Positions 34,143 to 35,247 of a stretch of DNA of 35,247 nt are shown one piece after another (within the stretch, counting starts at the first letter, position 1; every line of letters begins with the position of its first letter). The stretch covers positions 1 through 35,247 of the forward strand of contig DRLE01000007.1 in assembly GCA_011051475.1 (NCBI GenBank), given 5' to 3'. The DNA is from Gammaproteobacteria bacterium (lineage in GTDB: Bacteria > Pseudomonadota > Gammaproteobacteria > SZUA-229). Below the pieces are notes generated by a model, which made no database searches, was not told the origin of the DNA, and saw nothing but the letters and a program-made list of their open reading frames with translations. Both the position numbers and the translations under genes were made by a program.

Positions 34143-34213
34143 AAAGTTGGCAGTTATCAGTTGGCAGCTAGCAGTTTAAACTGCCAACTGCCGACTGCCA
34201 ACTGATAACTTTA
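34143..34213. repeat. Family D heptamer-array inverted repeat, copy D2
   Basis: The left arm parses as gttggca gttatca gttggca gctagca gtt. The right arm is aaactgc caactgc cgactgc caactga taacttt. The arms are in 7-nt register and imperfectly complementary. It occupies the ilvA/rpiA divergent spacer, 9 nt from the ilvA ATG. Confidence 0.8.
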
Positions 34214-34272
34214 ATCTCGACTGGTTTCCCTGTATTATTGGTCGACTAAGTAATTTTTGTAACGAGAAACCC

Positions 34273-34935
34273 ATGACACAGGATGAAATGAAAAGAAAAG
34301 CGGCCGAGGCTGCTCTGGAATATGTAATTCCTGACGAGATTGTCGGTGTTGGCACCGGCTCCACGGTAAACCATTTTATTGATGTACTCGCCGGCATCAA
34401 ACACAAGATAAAAGGCGCGGTTTCCAGCTCCGAGGCGTCTACCGAGCGCATGCAGGCGCACGGCATCGAGGTTTTTGATCTAAACGATGTTAATGGTATT
34501 GAAGTGTATATCGATGGCGCCGATGAATCCGACCACTACCTGAACCTGATCAAGGGCGGTGGCGGTGCCCTGACCCGCGAAAAGATTATTGCCGGTGCCA
34601 GCAAGAAGTTCGTCTGCATTGCCGACGAAAGCAAGCTGGTCGATGTTCTCGGCGCCTTTCCCCTGCCGATTGAAGTCATCCCCATGGCACGCAGCTTTAT
34701 CGCGCGCGAACTGGTCAAGCTCGGCGGGCGCCCGGTCTGGCGTGAAGGTTTCGTTACCGACAACGGCAACGATATCCTGGATGTTCACGACCTGCGCATT
34801 ATGGAGCCGGTAAAAATGGAAAACGAGCTGAACAAGCTGCCGGGCATTGTTACCGTCGGCATCTTTGCCAACCGGCCGGCGGATGTGCTGATTCTGGGTA
34901 CCCAGGAAGGCGCCAGAACGGTACTGTCAAAATAA
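34273..34935 (+). CDS. rpiA: Ribose-5-phosphate isomerase A
   Basis: GVGTGST, DGADE and [12 protein letters not shown] motifs of RpiA. Confidence 0.95.
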   Translation: MTQDEMKRKAAEAALEYVIPDEIVGVGTGSTVNHFIDVLAGIKHKIKGAVSSSEASTERMQAHGIEVFDLNDVNGIEVYIDGADESDHYLNLIKGGGGALTREKIIAGASKKFVCIADESKLVDVLGAFPLPIEVIPMARSFIARELVKLGGRPVWREGFVTDNGNDILDVHDLRIMEPVKMENELNKLPGIVTVGIFANRPADVLILGTQEGARTVLSK

Positions 34936-34940
34936 CACTA

Positions 34941-35135
34941 TTTTTTTGCCGCGAAGAACGCAAAATGCGCAAAAATAAATTATGCCAGCTTTCCTGGATG
35001 GCGACGGTAAATCTGTAGACCGGCATATATGTCCATGGATGGACGGTATTAGGGCAATGCAGGCGCAATTGCCGAAGCTACGTTGCCGGCTTCACGCTAA
35101 AGCTTTCGCGTTTCCTTCGCGGCCAAACACTTTTT
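34941..35135. repeat. Family A element, copy A7 (with REP-like insert)
   Basis: Left arm 34948..34975 gccgcgaagaacgcaaaatgcgcaaaaa. Right arm 35104..35124 tttcgcgtttccttcgcggcc plus an AAACACTTTTTAAAA flank. Lies between the rpiA stop and the stop of the convergent outer-membrane protein gene. Confidence 0.8.
35015..35090 (+). repeat. REP-like GTAG segment, copy R3 (nested in A7)
   Basis: Begins GTAGACCGGCATATATG, compared with GTAGGCCGGCATAAGG in R1 and GTAGGCCGGGATAAG in R2. ACCGGCA pairs with TGCCGGC near 35084. More diverged than R1 and R2. Confidence 0.4.
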
Positions 35136-35247
35136 AAAACTTCACCCTTACGCCCATGGTAAACATGGACTCATCGCCGGCATTCACCAGGCCGGTATCC
35201 AGGCCCTTGTCCGCCGATTTTGCGCCGTAACCGAAATAGATATTGGT
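35134..35247 (-). CDS. C-terminal end of an outer-membrane beta-barrel/porin-like protein (partial, runs off window end)
   Basis: The reverse complement reads ...TNIYFGYGAKSADKGLDTGLVNAGDESMFTMGVRVKF then stop. Alternating pattern and terminal Phe are typical of outer-membrane barrel C-termini. Only 37 codons are visible. Confidence 0.4.
   Translation of the reverse strand, partial: TNIYFGYGAKSADKGLDTGLVNAGDESMFTMGVRVKF

Noticed and set aside
32901-34205. 434-aa plus-strand ORF antisense to ilvA
   Set aside because: It is a shadow ORF. Similar long antisense ORFs at 27183-28175, 28610-29734, 21680-22246 and 11542-12132 are rejected for the same reason. ilvA, ubiH, pepP, gcvPB and adk are each unambiguous on the other strand, and long stop-free antisense frames are expected with this codon bias.
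20942-34213. Short periodic repeats as a possible CRISPR array
   Set aside because: The units are 7 or 9 nt and contiguous with no spacers. The arrays have 2-5 units, are arranged as inverted repeats and are scattered at separate loci. No cas genes are present.
1-35247. Search for a novel multi-gene protein system (defence island, toxin-antitoxin, retron, secretion or biosynthetic cluster, integrase or transposase)
   Set aside because: Every ORF with coding-like character is assignable to a familiar housekeeping or common accessory family. There are no clustered unknown ORFs, nuclease, ATPase or reverse-transcriptase signatures, and no mobility genes. The only candidate for something undescribed is the non-coding repeat system.

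Overview
This 35.2-kb window is core chromosome from a Gammaproteobacterium, and gene order closely follows E. coli and Pseudomonas. On the minus strand runs the cell-wall and lipoate cluster mrdA-rodA-mltB-rlpA-dacA-dat-ybeD-lipB-lipA, followed by a glutaredoxin-like gene, an anion permease and a partial BFD-like gene. Next come adk (+), then thioredoxin, cytochrome c peroxidase, a small outer-membrane protein and an MsbA-like ABC exporter (all minus). A less conserved stretch follows: cbbY-like HAD phosphatase, TauE/SafE, DsbA/FrnE-like, a secreted chalcone-isomerase-like protein and a GGDEF cyclase. After that comes the block gcvT-gcvH-gcvPA-gcvPB / ubiI-ubiH-pepP-ygfB (minus). It faces a divergent TIGR02449-like gene, zapA, 6S RNA (ssrS) and ygfA (+). 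The window ends with ilvA (minus), rpiA (+) and a partial outer-membrane protein. I support 36 CDS (2 partial) and one ncRNA. I found no tRNA or rRNA genes, CRISPR arrays, transposases or phage genes. I also found no convincing new multi-gene protein system (defence, toxin-antitoxin or secretion). The unusual signal is non-coding. Almost every sizeable intergenic spacer is filled by a long palindromic repeat element. There are at least seven sequence families (named A-G here) plus GTAG-type REP-like hairpins, and some are nested inside one another. Their arms are built from phased tandem 9-nt words (A, B) or 7-nt words (D, E, F). Their ends often touch or overlap stop and start codons, and some sit between cistrons of conserved operons. 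Secondary oddities are an adenylate kinase with a roughly 150-aa lysine/alanine/glutamate-rich tail and a Cys4 lid, and a perfect 22-bp palindrome whose left arm is the last eight codons of the GGDEF gene. All calls come from reading the sequence and ORF translations by eye. No database search was run.
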